Assembly: GCA_964429135.1 (NCBI GenBank) | Contig: CAYSAU010000004.1 | Coordinates: forward strand, 127,028 to 191,027 | Source of the DNA: an uncultured Prolixibacteraceae bacterium | GTDB taxonomy: Bacteria; Bacteroidota; Bacteroidia; Bacteroidales; FEN-979 | DNA length: 64,000 nucleotides | Direction: 5' to 3' | Shown: piece by piece, positions 10,416 to 19,837 of the stretch | How the letters are laid out: the number at the start of each line of letters is the position of its first letter | Position numbering within the stretch: position 1 is the stretch's first letter | Position numbers and translations under genes: made by a program | Notes under the pieces: model-generated | Database searches by the model: none | What the model was told of the DNA's origin: nothing | What the model saw: the letters and a program-made list of their open reading frames with translations, nothing else

Positions 10416-12752
10416 ATGGAATTTCTTAAACTGCGTATTCACTGTATTTTCCTTTTTTCTCTTGTATGTTTTTTTTCTTTCAGTCAGACGAAAACCGTCA
10501 CTTATTATGCTGACCCCGCTTCCCTTCCCCCTGAGTTAACCGTGGAATTGAAACACCTGAACGCCCATGTCCGGTTTAATCCGGGAGAGAACGAGGTCAT
10601 TGCTACAGCCGAATTTACTATCCTTCCCAATCGTTTTTTTACTGATTCCATTGTACTTTATGCTCCTGACTTCACTATAAAAACAGTAGAAATTAACCAT
10701 CGGAAAGTCAGTTATAAGATATCCGGAAAGAACCTGGTCATTTATCCGGAAGATATCTCTCATCCTGTCTCATCTTATCCTGAGCTTAAAAAGGGTGTAC
10801 CTGCTAAATTATTTATTAATTATAATGCAAAACCTTTGGCTGGAGCAATTTATTTTATAGGATGGAAGCCGGAGGAAGAAGGAAAAAGACAGGAAATCTG
10901 GGCACATCGTCCCCATGGCTGGTTGCCTTATGCCGACGCGAGGATCACCACTGATTTTTATATCACTTTTAATCAAAATTTCAAGGTTTTTTCGAATGGA
11001 GAGAGGTTGGAAGTAAAGAATAATGAGGATGGTACACTCACCTGGCATTATGCCATGAGGAAAGATCACCCTTATTTTTCGACAGCCCTTGTCATCGGAG
11101 ATTATCAATATGAAGAATCCGTAACCTCTCGTGGAATTCCTCTTGAATTCTGGTATTATACTGGTTTTTTCGACCGGGTTTCCACTACCTATAAATATAC
11201 GGAACAAATGTTCAGCTTCCTTGAAGAAGAAACGGGGGTTCCTTATCCTTATCCGGTTTACCGCGAAGCACCGGTGATCGATTATATGTACGGAGCCATG
11301 GAAACAACCACCAGTACTATTTTTGGCGATTATATGCAGATCACTCCACGGTCCTGGTGGCAACGCAATTATGTGAATGTGAATGCCCATGAACTTGCGC
11401 ACCAGTGGTTCGGAAATTATGTCACCCATTTTGTCAACCGTGATGTCTGGCTCACGGAAAGTTTCGGGACCTATTATGCCAAACTGTTCGAAAAAAGTAT
11501 TTATGGTGAGGACTATTACCAGAACATCAGAAATGAAGAAATGCTCCAAGCCATGGAAGCCTCAAAAAAAAATGATTTTCCGGTTGGCGGGACCCAGGGA
11601 GGGAATCAGCGTATCTATCAGAAAGGATCCCTTGTCCTCGATATGTTAAGATATATCATGGGAGAAAATGAATTTAAGCATGCCATTCAGCACTATCTGA
11701 ACAAGTTTGGCTTTAATTATGCTGAAACCAATGATTTCATCCGTTGTGTTTATGAAGCAGGCGGGAAACCATTCCATTGGTTCTTTGATGAATGGGTTTT
11801 AAGGGGTGGCGAACCCCATTATCAGGTTGACTATTCAGTTGTCGCGGATAGTTTGAATAACCAAACGGTTCAAATTCATGTTCAACAATTGCAGGAAGTG
11901 ACGAATTTAAAAGGTCTTTTCAAAATGCCTGTGAAGTTCGAAGTTTATTATACAGATGGAAGCCTTGACAGTACCCTTGTCTGGATTGAAAAAAGGGAAG
12001 AAAGCATCTCAATCCCCAGCAAGGCAGGAAAAAAAATCGCCTTTCTTTTATTTGATCCTGGCCGAAAAATCCTGAAAAAACTTACTTTTAAACGCAATTA
12101 TGATGAACTTTCAGCCCAGCTTCTCGGTGCGAAAGAAATGATTGACCGTTATGATGCTTTGCTTGAATTACGTTCTTTCTCACCGAAGGAAAAGAGAGCG
12201 CTTTTGCAGAAGGCTTATATAGGAGAACACTTTCATCTGATCAAATCAGAGATCTTGAGTCAATTAGCAGATTGTAAGCAGCATGACATAATGGAACTTT
12301 TCCGTTCTGCCCTGAATGATCCAGATGCTAATGTCAGAAAGACTGCTTTGCTACTTTGTAGTCCTCTACCACTTTCTTTGAAGAAAGACGCGGAGAATTG
12401 TTTGAAGGATTCTTCCTTCTTGAATGTCGAAATTGCATTGGACAATCTTGCCCGGTCTTTTCCACAGAGCATACCGGATTATCTTGAACAAACCGCGTTT
12501 GAGGAGGGATGGAGGGGAAAAAATATCCGAATGAAGTGGCTGGAAATTGCCATCCTGAACGGACAAAAGGAGAGTCTGAACGAACTGATTAGTTATTCGG
12601 GGCCGAAATATGAGTTTGAAACCCGAATGAATGCATTTAATCTGTTAAAGAAAATTAAATATTCTGACGAACAAACTATGAATAATGCCCGTTCTGCCAG
12701 CCAACACTGGAATAATAAACTAAGTGCCGCGGCAAAGGAATATTTAAAATAA
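10416..12752 (+). CDS. M1 family zinc aminopeptidase with a HEAT-like C-terminal region
   Basis: It has an N-terminal signal peptide, the exopeptidase motif GAMETT (a GAMEN variant), and HELAHQWFGN followed 18 residues later by E (WLTESF). Confidence 0.88.
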   Translation: MEFLKLRIHCIFLFSLVCFFSFSQTKTVTYYADPASLPPELTVELKHLNAHVRFNPGENEVIATAEFTILPNRFFTDSIVLYAPDFTIKTVEINHRKVSYKISGKNLVIYPEDISHPVSSYPELKKGVPAKLFINYNAKPLAGAIYFIGWKPEEEGKRQEIWAHRPHGWLPYADARITTDFYITFNQNFKVFSNGERLEVKNNEDGTLTWHYAMRKDHPYFSTALVIGDYQYEESVTSRGIPLEFWYYTGFFDRVSTTYKYTEQMFSFLEEETGVPYPYPVYREAPVIDYMYGAMETTTSTIFGDYMQITPRSWWQRNYVNVNAHELAHQWFGNYVTHFVNRDVWLTESFGTYYAKLFEKSIYGEDYYQNIRNEEMLQAMEASKKNDFPVGGTQGGNQRIYQKGSLVLDMLRYIMGENEFKHAIQHYLNKFGFNYAETNDFIRCVYEAGGKPFHWFFDEWVLRGGEPHYQVDYSVVADSLNNQTVQIHVQQLQEVTNLKGLFKMPVKFEVYYTDGSLDSTLVWIEKREESISIPSKAGKKIAFLLFDPGRKILKKLTFKRNYDELSAQLLGAKEMIDRYDALLELRSFSPKEKRALLQKAYIGEHFHLIKSEILSQLADCKQHDIMELFRSALNDPDANVRKTALLLCSPLPLSLKKDAENCLKDSSFLNVEIALDNLARSFPQSIPDYLEQTAFEEGWRGKNIRMKWLEIAILNGQKESLNELISYSGPKYEFETRMNAFNLLKKIKYSDEQTMNNARSASQHWNNKLSAAAKEYLK

Positions 12753-12765
12753 TTTCTGGTTTACG

Positions 12766-13974
12766 ATGATGGTTAAAAAACAAAAAATCCTTACCCGTAC
12801 CATTCTGCTGGTCTCCTTTGTTAGCCTGTTTACCGATATCGCCAGCGAGATGTTATATCCTGTCATGCCGGTTTACCTCCGGTCTATAGGATTTTCGGTA
12901 ATGCTGATCGGAATACTTGAAGGAGTCGCTGAAGCTACGGCCGGGTTATCCAAAGGATATTTTGGTCAGCTTTCTGATAAAAATCAAAAAAGGGTACCTT
13001 TTATCCGGACAGGATACATCATGAGCGCCTTTTCAAAACCGCTGATGGCCTTTTTTACGTTTCCTTTATGGGTTTTCATTATCCGCACCCTTGACCGTTT
13101 CGGTAAAGGCGTACGCACTTCGGCAAGGGATGCTATGCTAAGCGATGAAACCACGCCTGAACACAAGGGAAAAGTATTTGGGTTTCACCGTTCCATGGAT
13201 ACACTGGGGGCAGCTATCGGTCCCATATTTGCCCTGATTTTCCTGTTTTTTTACCCGGAAAAGTATTTCTGGCTTTTTTTTATTGCCTTTTTACCCGGTT
13301 TGGTAGCCATTGCATTGACCTTTTTACTGAAAGATAAAGAACCCCCCTCACCTGCTTACCCCCTCACCCGCTCATCTGCTCCCATAAGCTTCTTTTCCTA
13401 CCTCCGTTATTGGAAAAAAGCAGGCCGGGTTTATCGTCTGCTGATCATTGGCTTATTGGCCTTCACGCTTTTTAACAGTTCTGATGCGTTTTTATTGCTG
13501 GCGCTAAAAGAACAGAAATTTTCTGATAGCCAGATGATCGGTTTTTATATTTTTTTCAACCTGATCTATGCATTGTTTTCCTATCCAGCTGGCGTCCTGG
13601 CTGATAAAATTGGATTAAAAAGAATGCTCATCATGGGTTTTTTGATATTTTCAGCCGTATATTTTTTCATGGGGTATGCTACCGGCGTTCTCGCGTTTGG
13701 AATTCTGTTTTTATGCTATGGAATATATGCCGCATCTACCGAAGGGATAAGCAAGGCTCTTCTCTCCAACTTGGCAGAACAAGAACATGTGGCTACTGCC
13801 ATTGGATTTTATAATAGTCTATCGAGTATTTTTACCCTTTTGGCCAGCAGTATTGCAGGTCTCATCTGGTTTGCCTTTGGAGCGAAAATTATGTTCATGA
13901 TTTCTGGAATGGGAGTGTTTATCGTTGTTTGTTACCTGTTGATTGTATTTCGTCACAAAGGCTTGCAACATTGA
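12766..13974 (+). CDS. MFS transporter
   Basis: It has about 12 predicted TM segments and an MFS-like loop motif DRFGKGVRTSARDAM between TM2 and TM3. Confidence 0.8.
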   Translation: MMVKKQKILTRTILLVSFVSLFTDIASEMLYPVMPVYLRSIGFSVMLIGILEGVAEATAGLSKGYFGQLSDKNQKRVPFIRTGYIMSAFSKPLMAFFTFPLWVFIIRTLDRFGKGVRTSARDAMLSDETTPEHKGKVFGFHRSMDTLGAAIGPIFALIFLFFYPEKYFWLFFIAFLPGLVAIALTFLLKDKEPPSPAYPLTRSSAPISFFSYLRYWKKAGRVYRLLIIGLLAFTLFNSSDAFLLLALKEQKFSDSQMIGFYIFFNLIYALFSYPAGVLADKIGLKRMLIMGFLIFSAVYFFMGYATGVLAFGILFLCYGIYAASTEGISKALLSNLAEQEHVATAIGFYNSLSSIFTLLASSIAGLIWFAFGAKIMFMISGMGVFIVVCYLLIVFRHKGLQH

Positions 13975-14009
13975 AAAAAAATCCCCGGCATCGCTGCACG
14001 GGGATTTTT
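13975..14009. terminator. bidirectional rho-independent terminator between the convergent MFS and LruC genes
   Basis: AAAAATCCCCG (13977-13987) pairs with CGGGGATTTTT (13999-14009) across an 11-nt loop. An A-run on one side and a T-run on the other allow it to work on both strands. Confidence 0.75.
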
Positions 14010-14030
14010 AATCTCAGAAAGCAAAAATCA

Positions 14031-17000
14031 TTAATAAATATTCGCCTGGTTTCTATATCCGGGTTTATTCATATACCAATCCGGATATTCTGAACCCGAA
14101 GATTGTGCCCAGGCGGCAAAATGCAGATAAGTTTGCACTATGTCGGCTTTTTCAACCGGGTAATCAAAATCAACCGGTATTTCCATGCCCCAGGGGAGCC
14201 CGGAAGCAGAGCGATAATACATGTTAAGGGCAGGATCGGAAGCATCGTCAAGGGTTGCGAAAAATACCGGATTGGCCAGCACCGTGGGTGGCTGATCTTT
14301 CAGATGTACTTCTTTCGACCTGTCTTGATTGATAAAAATAAACGGATTGTAAGGAGGGGTTCCGATACTGGTTTGGGGAGTCGACAAATGCATGGTAACA
14401 ATCTGCTCTTCTGTCTGAACTGTATATCCCCCATGAACAGTATTCACCAGGGCTCCGCCCAGGATATTGTTCACGGCATCAAAGGGAATAATCACCGTAT
14501 TGATGGTATGCCCTGATTCATATCCTTTAGGATCAATGTTAACTGAACTGCCCATTTTAATACAGCCGGTTACGCTTTCAACATTAGATGGGGCTGTGTT
14601 GAAGGCAATGCCGAAGCCGTTATTGTAAGAAGCGCCTGCTGCTTTGATTTTAAATCTGGCAATCAGATCAACCACTTTATTCTGGGCGTTGGTTACAATT
14701 TTATAGTTGAAGTTTACCACGAGGTCATTGAAATCATAATCCCCATAAGCCGGCCAGAGATCCTCAAAAGCATAAGAAGCATAATCGGTTTCATTGGGAT
14801 AATAAGAATTGAAAGCCCTTGTCGGATCCAATGGGTAGGCATCCTGACTGTCGGGAACACCATCCCCATCCGTATCAATAACCGAAGGATTGACGATGGT
14901 GATTACCAGGGTTTTATTGTCTGTACCGGCAGCATTGGTAGCTGTGAGCGGTACGTTGGTTACTCCGGCTGATGTCGGCACGCCTGAAATAATTTGGGTT
15001 ACAGGATCAAAACTCAGCCCTGCCGGAAGGTTGGTGGCATTATAAGTAATGGGTTGTGTGCCGCTTGCCGTCACGGTATAGCTGAAGGCTTGATTTTTTG
15101 TTCCGGTAGCGATCAGGGAACTGTTGATTTCCGGTGGCTGTGGGCCTTCAATAATCGTGATTACCAGAATTTTGGTGTCATTTCCGTAGGCATTGGATGC
15201 CGTCAGGGTAACATCGGTCACTCCGGCCTGGGTCGGACTTCCGTTAATGGTATGGGTATTCGGATCAAAACTCAAACCCGGAGGAAGATTGGTGGCATTA
15301 TATGTGATGGGTGATGACCCTGTTGCTGTAAGGGTGTAAGTGGAAAATTGCTGACCTGTCACCCCTGTTGCCGTCAATGCGCTGGTAATGGAAGGAGGCG
15401 TACCGACAGTAAGCACAAGTGTTTTATTATCGCTCCCGGCATTGTTGGTGGCCGTCAGCGAAATATTATAGACCCCCGCATTGGTCGGCGATCCGGTGAT
15501 TTGATTGGTGAATGGGTCGAACGACAATCCTGACGGGAGATTGGTGGCGTTTAAAGTAATGGGTTCTGTGCCGGTGGCTTCAACAGTGTAGGTAAAGGAC
15601 TGGTTCACAGGTGTACTGGCTGTTAGCGGACTGGTAATTACCGGAGGTGTTCCTGGAGATACAACCGTGAAGACAAGGATTTTTGTATCTGTTCCCACCA
15701 GGTTATCGGCTGTGAGGACAATGTTTGTTGTACCCGCTGCAGTCGGTGTGCCGGAAATGGTATGCGTGCTGGCATCATAAGAGAGTCCGGAGGGAAGGTT
15801 AGTCGCCGTATAAGTGATGGGATCAGTGCCATTAGCCGTGATCACATAAGGCGTAATGGCCTGGTTAAGCATCCCGGCAGCAGTGAGCGAACTGGTGATC
15901 ACCGGAGGCTGAGGTGCATTGCAATCCTGCGCATAAATCGTATAACCAGGATTATGCCAGGTAATGTTCGGACCAAAACTGCCATTTTTTGGATTGATGC
16001 TGGTTGCCCAGAAATCGATATATCCGGTCAAAGTGCCTCCGGCGACCTTGGAAGTACCGTTAAGGCCATGAACCTGGGAACCCTGGGAGGCAGGACCGTA
16101 AACAAATCCCTGAATGTCGAAATTTCCTGTCTCAACAAGGCTCTGCAGTTCGAGACGGGCATAACCCTGACCGCTGACACTGAATTCTCCAATGACTTTC
16201 AGAAAAGCATTGGGGCCGTTGACAAATCCCGGTTGTGCGGAAGAACCTGTGACAACCTGCATGGCCGTAGACTTGGTACTATTGACAAACATCTGGCAAT
16301 AATTAAGAATCCTGCCATCATCCTGGGTTTGTAAATCTTCAATTACGGTAAAATGATAATAATTCGTCAGGATTCCTTTTACATTCAGTTTGTTGGAAAC
16401 CGTAAAGGTGCCCCAGTTGGAGAAAGCTCCGCCTTCTTTGAGGTTGAAGGTCTTGTTGTTTCCCGGTAAGGCAAAGTTGGCCGTTCCGTAGTTTTCGATG
16501 GTGGCATAAATATTTGCAACAGGCATGGTGAGCAAACCTGAAGGTGAAACAATGACAGTGCCGCTGCCGGTTAAAGCAGTTATATGGGCCGTTCCGCAAA
16601 TCCTTAGCGAACCTCCGGCATTGATCGTTAAACTGAGGTTAACGGAAACGCCTTGCTGAACTACATAAATTCCTCCCGAGTTAATGGTGTAAGTGCCGGA
16701 GGTCGTAATGGGTGTTCCGGTATTACAATCATTGGACTCCAGGTTATTTCCTGTTTTTACAACGCTTTGTCCGAAGGTATAGCTGAAATTCTTTCCTGAG
16801 ATCGGAACTGCAACATATTCGGTAAGCCCCAGAGGGGTAACTTTCCCAACCCAGAGTTCCTTCATTCGCGAAGGAACCCTTAAATTGGTTTTATACTGCA
16901 GGGTATTGTCGGTACCCCCACTCATGATCAGTTTGCCGCCCTGGGCCGGGTTGTCCTGAAAGATCTGGATCAGGAAAAAATTATCCTGACCGGGATTGGC

Positions 17001-17195
17001 AACGCCGATGCTGACCTCAAGATCAAGAAAACTATCGAATCTGAATCCCGGCTGGATTTTAAGATCAGTGAATTTTTTGGGCTGGGTAGGCGTGTCAGGA
17101 TCGAAATGTTTCCTGCAAGCTGTCTGGAAAATCATGGATACTGCAAAAACCAGCAGTAGGATGGTGGATGCGGAAAAACGATAAATCTTTTTCAT
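14031..17195 (-). CDS. LruC (DUF4842) domain lipoprotein with four He_PIG-type Ig repeats
   Basis: The start is placed at M21 (MKKIYRF...MIFQTAC lipobox). It has an N-terminal Asn/Gly/Thr-rich region, four ~85 aa repeats, the TSP3-like Ca-binding motif DTDGDGVPDSQD, then YAFEDLWPAYGDYDFNDLVV, which is characteristic of the LruC domain. Confidence 0.8.
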   Translation of the reverse strand: MKKIYRFSASTILLLVFAVSMIFQTACRKHFDPDTPTQPKKFTDLKIQPGFRFDSFLDLEVSIGVANPGQDNFFLIQIFQDNPAQGGKLIMSGGTDNTLQYKTNLRVPSRMKELWVGKVTPLGLTEYVAVPISGKNFSYTFGQSVVKTGNNLESNDCNTGTPITTSGTYTINSGGIYVVQQGVSVNLSLTINAGGSLRICGTAHITALTGSGTVIVSPSGLLTMPVANIYATIENYGTANFALPGNNKTFNLKEGGAFSNWGTFTVSNKLNVKGILTNYYHFTVIEDLQTQDDGRILNYCQMFVNSTKSTAMQVVTGSSAQPGFVNGPNAFLKVIGEFSVSGQGYARLELQSLVETGNFDIQGFVYGPASQGSQVHGLNGTSKVAGGTLTGYIDFWATSINPKNGSFGPNITWHNPGYTIYAQDCNAPQPPVITSSLTAAGMLNQAITPYVITANGTDPITYTATNLPSGLSYDASTHTISGTPTAAGTTNIVLTADNLVGTDTKILVFTVVSPGTPPVITSPLTASTPVNQSFTYTVEATGTEPITLNATNLPSGLSFDPFTNQITGSPTNAGVYNISLTATNNAGSDNKTLVLTVGTPPSITSALTATGVTGQQFSTYTLTATGSSPITYNATNLPPGLSFDPNTHTINGSPTQAGVTDVTLTASNAYGNDTKILVITIIEGPQPPEINSSLIATGTKNQAFSYTVTASGTQPITYNATNLPAGLSFDPVTQIISGVPTSAGVTNVPLTATNAAGTDNKTLVITIVNPSVIDTDGDGVPDSQDAYPLDPTRAFNSYYPNETDYASYAFEDLWPAYGDYDFNDLVVNFNYKIVTNAQNKVVDLIARFKIKAAGASYNNGFGIAFNTAPSNVESVTGCIKMGSSVNIDPKGYESGHTINTVIIPFDAVNNILGGALVNTVHGGYTVQTEEQIVTMHLSTPQTSIGTPPYNPFIFINQDRSKEVHLKDQPPTVLANPVFFATLDDASDPALNMYYRSASGLPWGMEIPVDFDYPVEKADIVQTYLHFAAWAQSSGSEYPDWYMNKPGYRNQANIY
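14893..15915 (-). repeat. four tandem ~85 aa (~255 nt) Ig-like repeats (putative Ig / He_PIG type) inside the LruC gene
   Basis: The four units align visibly and share PPVITS.LTA....Q.F.YT..A.G..PITYNATNLP.GLSFD..T..I.G.PT.AG......TA.N..G.D.K.LV.T. Boundaries are approximate. Confidence 0.75.
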
Positions 17196-17364
17196 ACCAG
17201 AGATATTTGTTTTCTGAATGGATGTAAAACTAATGCCTTTGCAAGAGGTTTTCAAGGATTAACTCGTATCTGTCGATCATTGATTAAAAACCGTTAAGCT
17301 TAATTTTGTTTCCGTAACTTAGATAAAAATGTAAATATAGTTTATTAAAATATTGAAAACAAGT

Positions 17365-19653
17365 TTATTCCGGTATTCTGTAAATTTGAGCCGGGTCTCT
17401 GTATCCAGACAGGTTTTTATACCAGTCGGGGTATTGAACGCCGCCGGATTCTGCCCAGCTACCGAATTTAAGGTGGCCGTATACGATCTGGATCATTTCC
17501 CAGGTGTAATCAAATTTCACCGGAATGTTGATGGCCCAGGGAAGATTCCTGCTGGTTTTGTAATACCTTCCGGCAAGGGGATCGGAATCATCATCAATCG
17601 TGCCGAAAAACGAAGCATCAGCCAGGGAAGTAGGGGGTTTATCAGGCAGGTGAATTTCCATACCCCTCGCCATGTTCTTGATCAGGAAGGGGTTGTAGGG
17701 AGGTGTTCCCACTGCGGTCTGTTCCTGAGGAATGGCAAAATGCAGGTTGATCTTCAGGCTGTCTGAAATTCCGTACAATCCGTTGTTTTCTGTGTTAAAA
17801 AAGGCACCCCCGACCCTGTGAATTACATTTTCAGCATTATCGAATACGATGACAACCGCTTTTTCCTGGCCGTTTTCCACACCGTTGTTCCCCAGGGTGA
17901 TATAACCCTTTTGGAGGCTGTAGCCGGTCACGGATTCAACAGCAGCGGGAAGAACCCCGTCGAATTGCCATCCGAAACCATTTTGTAAGAAAGCGCCAAC
18001 CGCCCTGACGTAAAAGGTGGGTTTTACATCTACGACTTTATTCTGGGCATTGGTGACGTACCAGTAGTTATAATCCACCACGAGGTCGTTCAGGTCATAG
18101 TCGCCTTTGGCAGGCCAGAGATCTTCAAAGGCAAGGGATCCAAACACATCTTTGGCCGGATAATAATTATTGAAAGCTCGGGTCGGGTCCAGGGGATAAT
18201 CGTCAAGACTGTCGGGAACCCCATCTCCGTCGGTATCGGTAGGCTGAGGGTTATCACCTATCCCTTCCGGATTGCAATCCGTCACTGGAATGAAGTTTTG
18301 AATATTCGCCCAGCTTACCAGGGTGGCGCCATTGGTAAATTTTGAAGCATTCCAGTTGCTCATGCTTCCGCTTTGGGTGGCAAATTCAATGGCTCCATTC
18401 ACCGTGGCTGAATTAATGGTGGCCGTGGTCACCTTGATGGAGTTCAGGCTGCCTGAGCCAAAAGCTCCATTGGAATTAAGCGTCATGCTTCCGGCGGAGA
18501 CCTGGGATTGATTGGTCAGGTTCATGGCGCCGCTGTTTATATTAATGCTTCCATCGACTTTCAGATAGCCATTGTTCATGTTTAAAGTAGTTGGATTTAG
18601 GCTAAGATTGCCATGAATGATCCATTTACAATCATTCTGGATGACGCTGCCGGCATTGAGGCTGACATTGCCCTGTACCTCCATGGACCCGGTATTGGTC
18701 ACATTCTTATTGGCTTCAAAAGAACCACTGGTATAAAAAGTGCCATTATTGGTCAGACTGCTGCCGCTATTAAGGGTGAAATTTCCGTTGATGATCATAC
18801 TCCCATAATTGATTACCGGTCCGTTTGGGGCAAATGACTGACCAATGGTAAAATCGTTGGCATAATTCGTCAGGCTGGTTGTGCTTTGGTTCATGTTTAT
18901 CCCTCCGTTGAAATGAGCATGCGCTGTTGGATAAATGGTGATCCCGGAGCTGCCGTTCATGGCAAAGGAACCGCTGGTGGTAAGGGTACCCCCTGCCGTG
19001 ACAAGGATGGCGCAATTCGTCCCCCCCATGTTATTGATGCTACTGATATTAGCAGTGGAACAAATTTTCAAAGTGCCTCCCCCGTTCCAGAACTCAAAAT
19101 TCACTGTCCCTGTAAAAGGAGAAGTAATGCAATAGGTTTTTCCGTTTTTAATGGTCACCGAATTGCCGGTAACCGTAATGTCACAACCAGTATTGCAATC
19201 GGGTTCGCCTACCACGAATCCTTCTTTCAAAACGCTCTCCGAGGAAAAAGTATAATTAATTTCATCAGCAACATTGACAAGTGCAAGCTGAACATTTCCA
19301 TCCCCGAAATCCAGCTTGAAGTAAAGTTGGGTCAGTGCTGTCGGGATCCGGAGTTTGGTGACAAAGGGAAAATTGTATCCTGTTGAACCGGTCAGTAAAA
19401 TTTGTCCCTGTTCTGCAGGATTCCCGTTATACAATGAAACCCGGGCAAGTTTTCCCACATATTCAGGGAAAACGGAAGCAATGGTAATATTGACTTCACG
19501 GGAAGATTCCCAATTGAAATTAGAAGCTACCTTCAGGTCCTCCATTTTCTTAGGTTTCCCGGAATTATCATCAGATATGGATTTCCGACATGCGGAAATG
19601 GAAATAAAAAACAATCCTGCTAATATTGCAAGCATTAATTTCTGAGATTTCAT
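17365..19653 (-). CDS. LruC (DUF4842) domain lipoprotein, paralogue without Ig repeats
   Basis: It has the lipobox FFISISAC, a long Asn/Gly/Ser/Thr-rich beta-helix-like region, DTDGDGVPDSLDDYPLDPTRAF and LAFEDLWPAKGDYDLNDLVV. The C-terminal ~290 aa are collinear with the neighbouring gene. Confidence 0.8.
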   Translation of the reverse strand: MKSQKLMLAILAGLFFISISACRKSISDDNSGKPKKMEDLKVASNFNWESSREVNITIASVFPEYVGKLARVSLYNGNPAEQGQILLTGSTGYNFPFVTKLRIPTALTQLYFKLDFGDGNVQLALVNVADEINYTFSSESVLKEGFVVGEPDCNTGCDITVTGNSVTIKNGKTYCITSPFTGTVNFEFWNGGGTLKICSTANISSINNMGGTNCAILVTAGGTLTTSGSFAMNGSSGITIYPTAHAHFNGGINMNQSTTSLTNYANDFTIGQSFAPNGPVINYGSMIINGNFTLNSGSSLTNNGTFYTSGSFEANKNVTNTGSMEVQGNVSLNAGSVIQNDCKWIIHGNLSLNPTTLNMNNGYLKVDGSININSGAMNLTNQSQVSAGSMTLNSNGAFGSGSLNSIKVTTATINSATVNGAIEFATQSGSMSNWNASKFTNGATLVSWANIQNFIPVTDCNPEGIGDNPQPTDTDGDGVPDSLDDYPLDPTRAFNNYYPAKDVFGSLAFEDLWPAKGDYDLNDLVVDYNYWYVTNAQNKVVDVKPTFYVRAVGAFLQNGFGWQFDGVLPAAVESVTGYSLQKGYITLGNNGVENGQEKAVVIVFDNAENVIHRVGGAFFNTENNGLYGISDSLKINLHFAIPQEQTAVGTPPYNPFLIKNMARGMEIHLPDKPPTSLADASFFGTIDDDSDPLAGRYYKTSRNLPWAINIPVKFDYTWEMIQIVYGHLKFGSWAESGGVQYPDWYKNLSGYRDPAQIYRIPE

Positions 19654-19675
19654 AAGAATATTTTTTTACAACATA

Positions 19676-19695
19676 CAAAAATATACACAAATATA
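19676..19695 (-). promoter_or_regulatory. two tandem -7-like boxes (TATTTTTG / TATATTTG) upstream of the second LruC gene
   Basis: The plus strand carries CAAAAATA (19676-19683) and CAAATATA (19688-19695). Both are TAnnTTTG on the minus strand, 23 and 35 nt upstream of the ATG at 19653. They are generated by a tandem 10-mer AAATATACAC x2 (19679-19698). Confidence 0.3.
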
Positions 19696-19837
19696 CACTA
19701 CTCCAAGTTCCAATTCGCAAATGACAGTAAATATCAGGTAAGTGGAAACTTTAATTGAGTATTTGTGTCTTTTAACTTGGTGCTTTGCTATCAAGATATG
19801 AAAGACGGGATGCAAATAATAAGTAAATTTGCGTTTC

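Noticed and set aside
10809-11549. A long antisense ORF (246 aa) lies inside the M1 aminopeptidase gene. Similar antisense ORFs lie at 609-1043, 15762-16334, 18886-19386, 35549-36100 and 47592-48062.
   Set aside because: Each lies fully inside a gene that has strong family motifs on the opposite strand. Their translations are low-complexity or odd in composition. They are typical shadow ORFs.
19679-19698. A tandem 10-mer, AAATATACAC x2.
   Set aside because: It was checked as a possible CRISPR or minisatellite seed. There are only two copies and no spacers. It is better explained as duplicated -7 boxes in a promoter region.
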